The translations under genes were made by a program, and so were the position numbers. From Pseudonocardiaceae bacterium (GTDB taxonomy: Bacteria; Actinomycetota; Actinomycetes; Mycobacteriales; Pseudonocardiaceae): 57,036 bases of DNA. The notes below the pieces were generated by a model. That model saw only the letters and a program-made list of their open reading frames with translations, made no database searches and was not told the origin of the DNA. The stretch spans positions 1 through 57,036 of the forward strand of contig JBOHFC010000266.1 of assembly GCA_050701375.1 (NCBI GenBank), written 5' to 3'. This document shows, piece after piece, positions 31,091 through 39,470 of the stretch (positions are counted from its first letter, which is position 1; each line of letters begins with the position of its first letter).

Positions 31091-32275
31091 GTGTCATTAC
31101 CCCAGCTCGAAGTAAACGCGCCCGGTTTCCTGGACGACCAGGACCAGCTGCTCGACGCGGCACGCGCACGTCATCCGTTCGCCGTCAGCGAGCGGGGTGT
31201 GGAGATCCTCGGCTACCCCGAGTGCCAGGCCCTGTTGCGCGACCGGCGGGCACAGAAGGACCACATGGCCCTCGTCGAGCGGCTCGGCATCACCGATCCG
31301 GAGGTCATCGCGTACAAGCGCAGGATACTGGTAGGGCAACGGCTGGACGCCAACCGCGACCGGATGCGGTCGGTACTCTCACGTGCGATGTCGGCCAGGC
31401 GGATGGACCGACTGCGGGCCGAGACCCGGTCGGCGGTCCACCGGATACTGGATGGAATCCCGGCGCGGCGCCCGGTCGACTTCGTCACCGAGGTCGCCTC
31501 CCTGGTGCCGTCCACGTTCTTCTGCCGGTGGGTTGGCCTACCGGAGGAGGACGCCCGCTTCGTCAGCGCCCTGTCGGACGTCATGCTCAAGATCTTCTGG
31601 ATGGACCCGGCCTACACCGAGCGCATCGAGGCCGCCTACAGCCGGCTCTTCGCCTACATGGACCGCCAGCTGGACACCCTCCGGTCCGACCGGGAGGAGG
31701 GCTTCCTCGCCCACCTGGCACGGGAGCAGCGGGACGGCAACGTCAACCCGACGGAGGTGCGCGACTGGGTGATCTTCGCTCTCGAGGGGAGCACGGACAA
31801 CACCGTCCACCAAATCGCCCTGCTGCTGGGCCGCCTGCTGGAGACACCCAGCCTGTGGGACCAGGTCCGGCGGGACCCCGCCCTGGTCGACATTGTCACC
31901 GACGAGAGCATGCGGCTGGACGCGAGAACCCGGGCCATCCATCGGCTGGCGGCCGACGACATCGAGGTACCGGGCGGCGTGATCAGGACCGGAACGGACA
32001 TGTTCTTCTGGGTGCGGGCGGCCCACCTCGATCCCCGGGCGTTCCCGCAGCCGCACAGGTTCGACATCCACCGGCAGCGGACGCCCGGGCACCTGATGTT
32101 CGGCCGCGGTCCGTACTCCTGCTTGGGGCGGTGGATGGCCCGGATGGAGGTGCAGGAGACCCTACGCGCCGTGCTCGAGCGTTTCCCGGGCGTCCGGCTG
32201 GCCGGTGTTCCCCGACGGTCGGTCGACATGTTCTCGCTCGCCGCCGAGTACCTTCCGGTCGTGCTCGAGCCGTGA
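31091..32275 (+). CDS. cytochrome P450
   Basis: GTG 31091 with a GAGGAG RBS, 10 nt after the reductase stop. Cys pocket FGRGPYSCLGRWMA. The 487-aa ORF from 30812 is an upstream extension overlapping the reductase gene. Confidence 0.9.
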   Translation: MSLPQLEVNAPGFLDDQDQLLDAARARHPFAVSERGVEILGYPECQALLRDRRAQKDHMALVERLGITDPEVIAYKRRILVGQRLDANRDRMRSVLSRAMSARRMDRLRAETRSAVHRILDGIPARRPVDFVTEVASLVPSTFFCRWVGLPEEDARFVSALSDVMLKIFWMDPAYTERIEAAYSRLFAYMDRQLDTLRSDREEGFLAHLAREQRDGNVNPTEVRDWVIFALEGSTDNTVHQIALLLGRLLETPSLWDQVRRDPALVDIVTDESMRLDARTRAIHRLAADDIEVPGGVIRTGTDMFFWVRAAHLDPRAFPQPHRFDIHRQRTPGHLMFGRGPYSCLGRWMARMEVQETLRAVLERFPGVRLAGVPRRSVDMFSLAAEYLPVVLEP

Positions 32276-32417
32276 TCCATTCCGGTGCACGGCACATCCC
32301 TCCATCAGGAGCTCTTTCCGGGCGGTCGGTTCGCCAATCAGATCGACCGTTGGACGGCGTGCACGAGAACGAGAACGCTGCGTTTGAGCCAGCGACAGGA
32401 TCTGGAGGCGGTCACGC

Positions 32418-32891
32418 ATGAACATCCTCATTCACCTACTCCCCGGCGTCGCCGTGCTTGCCTGCTCGGCCGTGTACGGCGCCGACCTGTTCGCGGCGAT
32501 CGTCCTACGTTCAGCTTTGTCCGAAGTAGACGACCAGACGCTCACGCACACCATGGGCCACGTGCACAGGTACGGTGACCGGCGGATGCCCGTCCCGTTC
32601 GTCCTCAGTGTCGCCGCCAGCCTGCTGAGCATGGTGGCAGCGGCACTGGCCGGACGTACGGCGGTCGCGGTGGCCAGTGCAGTCGCAGTCGCCGCTCTCC
32701 TCTGCTGGATCACGGTCTACCTTCGAGTCAGCGGGCCGATCAACCGTAAGCTCACCGCTGCGGCCGTCAACGGAACCCCTCTCCCCGAGGCACGCGCTAT
32801 GCAACACCGCTGGGACAGCGTGGTTCCGTTCCGCCTCATTCTGCAGGGTATCGCCGTCGCCGCGTTGTGCACGGCGCTCGCATTGGCCTGA
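32418..32891 (+). CDS. DUF1772-like (anthrone-oxygenase-like) small membrane protein
   Basis: 157 aa, 4 TM segments, and pattern ..AVYGADLFAA.V...AL......H.YGDRRMP....PIN..L...............RW...V..R. A GGAGG RBS is present. Confidence 0.55.
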   Translation: MNILIHLLPGVAVLACSAVYGADLFAAIVLRSALSEVDDQTLTHTMGHVHRYGDRRMPVPFVLSVAASLLSMVAAALAGRTAVAVASAVAVAALLCWITVYLRVSGPINRKLTAAAVNGTPLPEARAMQHRWDSVVPFRLILQGIAVAALCTALALA

Positions 32892-32931
32892 CAGCCCTAC
32901 GAACTCTGTGTCTTGGTAGCAGGATTGGTGG

Positions 32932-34461
32932 TCATGACGAGGCCGCTCCCTCCTCGTTATGCAACGGCCGTGCCGGGTCGAGGGTATGCGTCACGGCCAG
33001 CGCATTGGCCGCGCCGGCACCGGCCCGCCCATCCGCACTGCCTGCCCAGGCGTCACCGTCCACCTTGGTCCGCGAGGCACCACCGGCGGGCTTGGGCAGC
33101 TCGCCGAACTTGGGCCAGTACTGCCGGTACTTCCGGACCGCCTCCTTCCCTACCCGGTCCGCGAGCAGCTTGGCCACCTCGCTGGCCGAGCACTGTCCGC
33201 TTCGGACCAGACGAATAGCGGCGCGGGCAATTCTGGGTGGTGTGAGTACCCGGTAGGGCGAAAGTCGGTGTGACATCACCCGATCGATCAACAGGATCTT
33301 GGCCTTCGGATCGTCCCCGATTATCCGCAGCATCTCGCGCTCCAGCGGGCCGAGCGCACCGGCCTGGGCAAAGTCGTAGGCCAGCCAGTACATTGGGGTG
33401 GCATCTGCATCTCGCCACTTCCACCACCGCTTCGTCACGCGGTCGACTGCGGCTTGGTCCCGGGCCGGCACCAAAGTGATGTCGGTGGCGAACCGCTTGG
33501 CTTGGCGCAGCGCATCCGAGATGCCCTGCGCGATGGTGGGGTCCTTGAAATGCCCGGCGTCCCCGATCAGCGCCCAGCCTGGGCCGGCCGACTCGCGGAA
33601 ATAGCCAGGTAGATAGGCGGTGCCGACCGGCCTGGTCACCCGCCGCGCCGCGCTCAGCACCGGCTGCAACTGCGGGCACTCCGCGACTAGCGCATCATAG
33701 CTTTCCGGAAGGTTCCGTTTGAACTCGGCGAATTCCTCCATCCCGGGGGCCACCACCACGGTGAAGCGGTCATTGTCCGAACGGAAGGCGATAGTCAGCT
33801 TCGCGCCGTCCCGGTACTGATGGCCGGGCGGCAGCCCGTCGTCCTGCACGTCGACGAAGTCTGCCCAGAACGCGAAACGCTGGTTGGCCGTCGTGTTGTA
33901 GGTACGCGAACCGGCTAGTTCGGCAACCCGCGAGTTGCGGCCGTCCGCCCCAACCACTAACGCCGCGCGCATTTCATACTGCTTTTCCTTGCTGCGTACC
34001 ACCACGCCCTCGACACGGCCACCAGCGTCTCGGATCAGCTCCACCAAGGACGTGTGCTGGCGGACGTCGACCCCTTCCGCGATGGCCCGATCTAGCAGGA
34101 AACCGTCTAGCAGCTTGCGGCTGACACTGATGCCGCCCGGCGGCTGGCCGACATCCGGATACACCGGGGCGTCGAGATTCACATTGTCGTAGTCGACCCG
34201 CACCGCATCGACGAACGGCGCACCGGTGCTCCTGAGCTGGTTGAGCAGACCGAGTTCAGCCAGGACGCTCACCCCAGACACCTGCAACAGATGTGTGGAC
34301 AACGTATCGCTGGGAAAACCGGCGCGATCAACCAGTACTACCCGGCGGCCCGCCCTGGCCAGGTGAATCGCAAGCGACGCTCCGGAGATCCGGGCGCCGA
34401 CCACAACCACATCAGCGCTGTCGGGAAAAGGCTCAGGGTAGGGCTGCTCAGGAAAAGACAT
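32932..34461 (-). CDS. FAD-dependent oxidoreductase (geranylgeranyl-reductase / PHBH-like fold)
   Basis: DVVVVGARISGASLAIHLARAGRRVVLVDR dinucleotide fold and LIGDAGHFKDPTIAQGISDA. No WxWxIP halogenase motif. The start is ATG 34461, overlapping the UbiA stop by 14 nt. Confidence 0.8.
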   Translation of the reverse strand: MSFPEQPYPEPFPDSADVVVVGARISGASLAIHLARAGRRVVLVDRAGFPSDTLSTHLLQVSGVSVLAELGLLNQLRSTGAPFVDAVRVDYDNVNLDAPVYPDVGQPPGGISVSRKLLDGFLLDRAIAEGVDVRQHTSLVELIRDAGGRVEGVVVRSKEKQYEMRAALVVGADGRNSRVAELAGSRTYNTTANQRFAFWADFVDVQDDGLPPGHQYRDGAKLTIAFRSDNDRFTVVVAPGMEEFAEFKRNLPESYDALVAECPQLQPVLSAARRVTRPVGTAYLPGYFRESAGPGWALIGDAGHFKDPTIAQGISDALRQAKRFATDITLVPARDQAAVDRVTKRWWKWRDADATPMYWLAYDFAQAGALGPLEREMLRIIGDDPKAKILLIDRVMSHRLSPYRVLTPPRIARAAIRLVRSGQCSASEVAKLLADRVGKEAVRKYRQYWPKFGELPKPAGGASRTKVDGDAWAGSADGRAGAGAANALAVTHTLDPARPLHNEEGAASS

Positions 34462-35392
34462 TGACGACCACCAACCCGAGGACGGCGACTCGGAGGGCCA
34501 AGAATCCGTAGTTGCGACGATTGCGCCAATAACCATGCAACCCGTTACGCAGCACGTAGAACTGCATCAGCCAGGCCGGCAGCAGGCCCAGCGGCGTCCA
34601 GGGGCTAAGCACAGCGAACGCGGTGCCGGCGATGGCCAGCGCCCATGAGGTAACGAACATGACAACGACGAAGGCCAGATTGGTACGCTGCGAGGTACGG
34701 GCAGCCACGGTGCGCCGGCCCACGCTGTGATCGTCTGCGGCGTCGGCCGTATTGGAACAGATCAGCACTTGCACCAACCACATACCGAAGAGCACACCCT
34801 GGATCAGAGCGGCTGCGCTGACCTCGCCGACCGCGGCGCCGAAAGGCAGCCATATACTGGCCGCCAGGGTGATCCCGGTGAGCGCCTCACCGCCACCGAA
34901 AATGCGATAGCTGAAGTTGATCCCAGCGGAGTACTGCGCGCCGAAGATCGTCACCAACAGCCCGCCGACCAGTGCCCACCAGGGACGGAAACCAGCGACC
35001 GCCCAGAACACCATCACGCAGGCCGAAGCCACAACCACCGAACTGTAGGCGAAAACCCTCGCGGTGGCGACGGTGACCGTGCCCTGCACCAGTGGTTTAA
35101 CCTGGCTGCGTTTGCGTTCCGGCGCGTAATTGCGGATATCACTGCCATCCAGGAAACCGGTGATGTCGTCGAAGGCATGGCTTGCGCACACTGTAAAGCC
35201 GATGGCGATCAGGAAGAGCAGGCACAGCATGGTCGAACGAATATGCGGCACGCCTTGGCCGACCAGCAGCGACCAGGCTACAATCGGCCCTGTCCAGATG
35301 TCGTACAGTTTGAGTTTGCCCAGCTGCGCCAGTGCGGTCACAGTCTCGATCAAACGGCCTGACGGCGCCTGCACTGCATGCGTTTCGGACAT
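34448..35392 (-). CDS. UbiA-family integral membrane aromatic prenyl/alkyl transferase
   Basis: About 8-9 TM segments and an Asp-rich motif SHAFDDITGFLDGSDIRN (NDxxDxxxD-like). The start is set at ATG 35392. The upstream 88 codons of the ORF are non-coding-like. Confidence 0.75.
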   Translation of the reverse strand: MSETHAVQAPSGRLIETVTALAQLGKLKLYDIWTGPIVAWSLLVGQGVPHIRSTMLCLLFLIAIGFTVCASHAFDDITGFLDGSDIRNYAPERKRSQVKPLVQGTVTVATARVFAYSSVVVASACVMVFWAVAGFRPWWALVGGLLVTIFGAQYSAGINFSYRIFGGGEALTGITLAASIWLPFGAAVGEVSAAALIQGVLFGMWLVQVLICSNTADAADDHSVGRRTVAARTSQRTNLAFVVVMFVTSWALAIAGTAFAVLSPWTPLGLLPAWLMQFYVLRNGLHGYWRNRRNYGFLALRVAVLGLVVVNVFS

Positions 35393-35453
35393 CACCACCG
35401 CCTTTTCCGGAATCGAGCAACGTCCGGGTCGGCAATTAATTTCGTTCTGGGGA

Positions 35454-35930
35454 ATGGAGTTCACCGTGGACGAGCGAACCAGCGGGATTGTGCGCGGAGT
35501 TGTGTCGGGAGCCGCGGCCACCGCCGTCTTCACCTGGACGAGCGCACGGTTGAAGAAACACACTGCCACGCACGGTGCGGTGCAGCCGATCCAGGTCTCC
35601 TCCGCGCTCACCGGCGGCGCGCCGCAGGCCGATCCCGGGCGACGCCCGCTCACCAACGCCGTACTGCACTGGGGCTACGGCGGCTGGGGCGGTGTGCTCC
35701 GCGTGCTGTTGATGCGCAGGGGGCTCACCGGCTGGCGAGCCGACCTCACCCAACTCGCCGTGTTCTGGCTGCCGTGGCGGCTGCTGGCGCGGGCGCACCC
35801 GTCCGCCGAACGGCCATCCCGCAGAGAAGAAAACGTCGCACTGTACACGGATCTCGGCAAGCATGTGGTATACGTGCTGACCGATCGCTTGGTACACGCC
35901 CTGCTGGCCAGACGAGCCGGGCGACGCTGA
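35454..35930 (+). CDS. hypothetical small protein, divergent from the UbiA gene
   Basis: 158 codons from ATG 35454 with very high GC3. This is preferred over the overlapping minus-strand ORF 35436-35951. No family was recognised. Confidence 0.5.
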   Translation: MEFTVDERTSGIVRGVVSGAAATAVFTWTSARLKKHTATHGAVQPIQVSSALTGGAPQADPGRRPLTNAVLHWGYGGWGGVLRVLLMRRGLTGWRADLTQLAVFWLPWRLLARAHPSAERPSRREENVALYTDLGKHVVYVLTDRLVHALLARRAGRR

Positions 35931-35947
35931 AAGTTGCATCGTCGCCA

Positions 35948-37429
35948 TCAAACCCCTGCCCTCAGCGTGACCGTGCCGTTCCAGCCGTCCACCACCGCCT
36001 GCTGTCCTATTTGCTCGTCCGGAATGGACAGTCCGGCGACGAACGGGATGCCCAGTTCGCGGCAGACTATCGCGACGTGGGAGAGCACGCTGCCGTACCG
36101 GCTCACTACGCCGTCCGGAAGCACGGCGAGCACGTAGTTGCCGTCCACCCGGTCGCCGACCACAATCCGGCCTTCCTCGCCGTGGCTTGCGCGGACCAGC
36201 ACGCCTTCCGCCCAGCCAGGGGCCAGCGCAGTAGCCACGCCTGTGCTGCCGGCCGGGGTCGGTCGAATGACCCCGGCCAGCCCGCGGCGGCGCTGCTGGA
36301 GATCGACCGGATATTCGGTCACGGCGGCCTGCTCCAGCTCCTCGCTGCGCTGGTCGGTCAGCCTCCGCCGGGCGCTGGCGCTCAGCTCGCGAAGCTCACC
36401 GACGCCGAGCAACGCGGCTTCATCGGCTTTCGCTGAGAATGCGCCTATGTCCAGCAGCACCCGGGTGCAATGCAGGGCACGCAGACCGATCTCCTTGGAC
36501 CTCTCCCGTTCACCGAGTGCCAGACCGAGCATCTTCATCGCCTGCTCGTAGATCGGGCCAAGCGCGGTGCCCAGCGGAACCGACGCCTCATCCGCGACGA
36601 GTTCGGTGCCCACCTTTTCACGGTTGCCCAGGATCGACGCGGCTGCGAACAACCTGGCCTGGGAGAACCGGCCGAACACCTCGCCGGCGTCAGCGACCTC
36701 GTAATTGTTCAACCGGTCCACGTCTATGGTCAGTGCGCCGGCCCGCGAGCTGGCTCCCTGCCCGTCGTCTTTGCGGTGCGCACTGGCCCGCAACAGTTCA
36801 AGCGCGGTCGCATCGTCGTACTGCATCCGCAGCAGCCGCCTCGTCAGCGCGGCCGCCGCATACACGACGGTGGTGGTGCGGATATGCAGCGCCCAGGCGG
36901 CGCGACCGGCCTCGATGGCCGCATCACACGCGGTTCCAGCCTGCCAGCTGCTGCCGGTCTCCACCGCCGCCAGCACGCCGGCCTCGGCGCGTGCCAGCGC
37001 CGCGTGCGCGGTGCCGAAGGCGGCCGCGTTGTCGAACACCAGCCGCAGCGTCCGCGGCAGGCGCAACGCCGCCATGGTCCGGCTCGGTTTCGGCCGCCGG
37101 GCCACCTCTGGGCCCGGCCCCCCGAGTAGCAAGTCCCAGATCCCGGCCGGGTCGATCACCCGCAGCTCGTCGACCAGCCGTTCGGTGGTGGTCATATTGA
37201 AGTACGGCCGGAACCCGAAGTAGCTGACGTACTGCGGGCGAGGACCGCTCGGCTGCTCGCGGGCAAACTTCCGCGCCGCGGCACGGAACCCCTGTTCCAT
37301 GCCGGCACCGATAATCGACCAGCTCAGCGGGGACAGCAGCTCCGGGCAGACCTCGCGGAAGTTGTAACCGCTGTGCACCGCGTCCACGACGGTGCTGGGC
37401 GTGTCGAGGGAAAACATGGGCAGGCTCAT
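35948..37429 (-). CDS. PEP-utilising-enzyme mobile (swivel His) domain protein with a large N-terminal non-ATP-grasp domain
   Basis: C-terminus ...YGSVLSHVAIVCRELGIPFVAG... (PEP-utilizers domain). The N-terminus begins ..NFREVCPELLSPLSWSI.., reminiscent of the substrate domain of rifampin-phosphotransferase-like PpsA homologues. ATG 37429 overlaps the upstream stop (ATGA). Confidence 0.75.
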   Translation of the reverse strand: MSLPMFSLDTPSTVVDAVHSGYNFREVCPELLSPLSWSIIGAGMEQGFRAAARKFAREQPSGPRPQYVSYFGFRPYFNMTTTERLVDELRVIDPAGIWDLLLGGPGPEVARRPKPSRTMAALRLPRTLRLVFDNAAAFGTAHAALARAEAGVLAAVETGSSWQAGTACDAAIEAGRAAWALHIRTTTVVYAAAALTRRLLRMQYDDATALELLRASAHRKDDGQGASSRAGALTIDVDRLNNYEVADAGEVFGRFSQARLFAAASILGNREKVGTELVADEASVPLGTALGPIYEQAMKMLGLALGERERSKEIGLRALHCTRVLLDIGAFSAKADEAALLGVGELRELSASARRRLTDQRSEELEQAAVTEYPVDLQQRRRGLAGVIRPTPAGSTGVATALAPGWAEGVLVRASHGEEGRIVVGDRVDGNYVLAVLPDGVVSRYGSVLSHVAIVCRELGIPFVAGLSIPDEQIGQQAVVDGWNGTVTLRAGV

Positions 37430-38424
37430 GAGGGCAGTTCTCGCAGTCGGGCTATCTCGTGATCGAGGGTGCGGATCAGGTATCCGCGGTCGGCCGGTAC
37501 GGCAACCCGCCCGGCGTCCACAAGTTCGCGCAAGCAGCCGAGCTCGAGATCCCAGTGCGCGGTGCAGTAGTCGAAGACCGCACGCTCCATCGGCAGGTCC
37601 AGCCAGCGCGGCTGGACGACCGCGGCCAGCAACCTCGCCAACCCGTGGTGTCGGATGCGCTTCGCGCGCGCCCCATATTTGACGTTCACCAGGTCGAGGA
37701 CCTCGGCGAGGGTGGGCGACGCAGGATCGACCGCCCATACCGACGATCCGCCGGTACCGTACCTGACCCGGTCCAACACCACCTGTGCGCAGAAATCCGA
37801 CGGCAGGCACCAGTACCGGTTCGAGCCCAGCACCGGCAGCGGCCAGCCGGCGAACAGGAGGCGCAGCAGTTCGAACACCGCCTGCGGTTTGGCCGGGCGC
37901 CCCAGCTCGTCCGAACCGGCGAGCACATGTCCGGCTCGCACGATGTCGATCGGCAGGCCGGAGCCACGGGCCATCCGTTCCCCCTGGATTTTGGCCCACT
38001 CGTAGAAGTTCCGGTGCCTGCCCTGGGGTTGGTAGTCGCTGCGCATCCGCTGCCGCACGTCGCCGGTGGCCAGCAGGCTGGACACCAGCACCACGTTCCG
38101 AAGCCGTTCACAGCTCTTGGCGAACCGCAGCGCACCGCGCAGCGGCACCAGGTGCTCGGACTGCGCCTTGGACAGCGGCACCGACAGATCGAAACTGCCG
38201 ACGCTCACCACCACCGAGGTCACCTCCGCCGCGAGCTGGTCGGCTTTGTCCTCGTCGAGTCCGAGGAAATTCCGCCGGGCGTCGCCGACGTGCACCCTCA
38301 CCTGCGCGCCCAGGTGCGGGGCGGGACGCCGGGTCAGGCCGTGCACTTCGAGGCCGCCTGCCGACGCCGACGCACAGACCGCCGAGCCGACCCAGCCGCC
38401 GGCACCGATCACAAGAACACTCAT
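37426..38424 (-). CDS. NAD(P)-dependent SDR (epimerase/thioester-reductase-like, NAD_binding_4 type)
   Basis: MSVLVIGAGGWVGSAV Rossmann N-terminus. ATG 38424 abuts the upstream stop; an alternative GTG lies at 38433. Confidence 0.7.
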   Translation of the reverse strand: MSVLVIGAGGWVGSAVCASASAGGLEVHGLTRRPAPHLGAQVRVHVGDARRNFLGLDEDKADQLAAEVTSVVVSVGSFDLSVPLSKAQSEHLVPLRGALRFAKSCERLRNVVLVSSLLATGDVRQRMRSDYQPQGRHRNFYEWAKIQGERMARGSGLPIDIVRAGHVLAGSDELGRPAKPQAVFELLRLLFAGWPLPVLGSNRYWCLPSDFCAQVVLDRVRYGTGGSSVWAVDPASPTLAEVLDLVNVKYGARAKRIRHHGLARLLAAVVQPRWLDLPMERAVFDYCTAHWDLELGCLRELVDAGRVAVPADRGYLIRTLDHEIARLRELPS

Positions 38425-39470
38425 GCCGGCCACCCCGCATAGTAAGAGTTGATTACCGGTAGTTGCGGCCGGTGGGGCATGCCGAGCGTGCGCACGAGGC
38501 TGCGGACGGATACGTCACAACCCAGCCCGGAGCTGGCGAACACGGTCTTCGAGGCGAAGTACCGCAGGCCGATTACCGCGGAATTCTTGGGGCTCTCGTT
38601 CAGCCGGTCGGCCTGCTGCGAGACCGCGCGTAGCCACCGGGCCGGCATCCGGACCGGGCGGGGGAACAACCGGGTGTCGCCGTGCGTGGCCGCGGCGGCC
38701 TCCTTCGCAAACGCTTCCACTAGCGGCGCGGCCGCGCCTTGGCTGATATTGCGCACGACGACGTCCCGCGGCACCTCGTCCAGCGCACTGAGCAACTTGG
38801 CTGCCACCAGGTCGCGTGGACAGATGTCCAGCCTGGCGCCGGAGGCAAACGGCAGCACCGGCCACATCCCGGTCTGGATGATCCGAGCGAATGGCACCTT
38901 GGTCGCCCCAGAGCGCACGCCTGGCACCGGCTCGAAGTCGCCGGACAGCGCCGGGATACGGGCGATCACCGCAGGCACCCCGTGTGCCCGGCAGATCCGC
39001 GCCACCGCCCATTCGCCGCGGAGTTTGGTGCGTTCGTATTTGGTGAGCTTCGGCCGCTCTTCCAGCAGGACTTCGTACACTTCCTCGCCGTGGTCGTAAC
39101 CGGCGTACAGCGAGCTGGCGTGCACCAGGGTGGCGCCCAACGTGCTGGCTAGTTCCGCGGAGTTGGTGGCGCCTTCGACATTGATTTCCACCAACCGCGA
39201 CCACGGCGCCGACCAGGACACGTCACCGGCCAGATTGATCACTGCGTTGACTTCGCCCCGCAACTCGGCCACCAGGTCGTCGGGCAGGCCCCAGTTCGGC
39301 CGGCGCACATCGCCGGGCACACCGCGCACCTGAGCACCGGTGCGGCGTTGCACGGTCTTGGCGCGGTTGGGCCAGTCACCGCCGCGCAACAAGGCCACCA
39401 CTGGCTGATCGATCTTGCGAAGGAGTGCGGTGCCGAGGAATCCGGTCGCCCCGGAAACAAGGACGGTCAT
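38421..39470 (-). CDS. thioester-reductase / fatty-acyl-reductase-like SDR (NAD_binding_4)
   Basis: MTVLVSGATGFLGTALL....VVALLRG........V...........V.GDV..PNWGL.......L..EV.AVINLAG.V is typical of terminal reductase domains. ATG 39470 overlaps the malonyltransferase stop (ATGA). Confidence 0.8.
   Translation of the reverse strand: MTVLVSGATGFLGTALLRKIDQPVVALLRGGDWPNRAKTVQRRTGAQVRGVPGDVRRPNWGLPDDLVAELRGEVNAVINLAGDVSWSAPWSRLVEINVEGATNSAELASTLGATLVHASSLYAGYDHGEEVYEVLLEERPKLTKYERTKLRGEWAVARICRAHGVPAVIARIPALSGDFEPVPGVRSGATKVPFARIIQTGMWPVLPFASGARLDICPRDLVAAKLLSALDEVPRDVVVRNISQGAAAPLVEAFAKEAAAATHGDTRLFPRPVRMPARWLRAVSQQADRLNESPKNSAVIGLRYFASKTVFASSGLGCDVSVRSLVRTLGMPHRPQLPVINSYYAGWPA

Noticed and set aside
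31222-32421. 399-aa same-strand out-of-frame ORF inside the second P450
   Set aside because: It is an alternative frame of a gene whose P450 frame carries the ExxR and Cys-pocket motifs. The alternative frame is a Pro/Arg/Gly-rich artefact.
32932-34461. Second flavin-dependent halogenase
   Set aside because: It has the GxGxxG and GDAGHF.DP motifs shared with halogenases. The WxWxIP motif is absent; the corresponding region reads FAFWADF. It is called a generic FAD oxidoreductase.
35436-35951. 171-aa minus-strand ORF between the UbiA and PEP-utiliser genes
   Set aside because: The plus-strand frame from ATG 35454 has much better third-position GC and a more protein-like sequence. The minus-strand product is Gly/Arg/Pro-rich.
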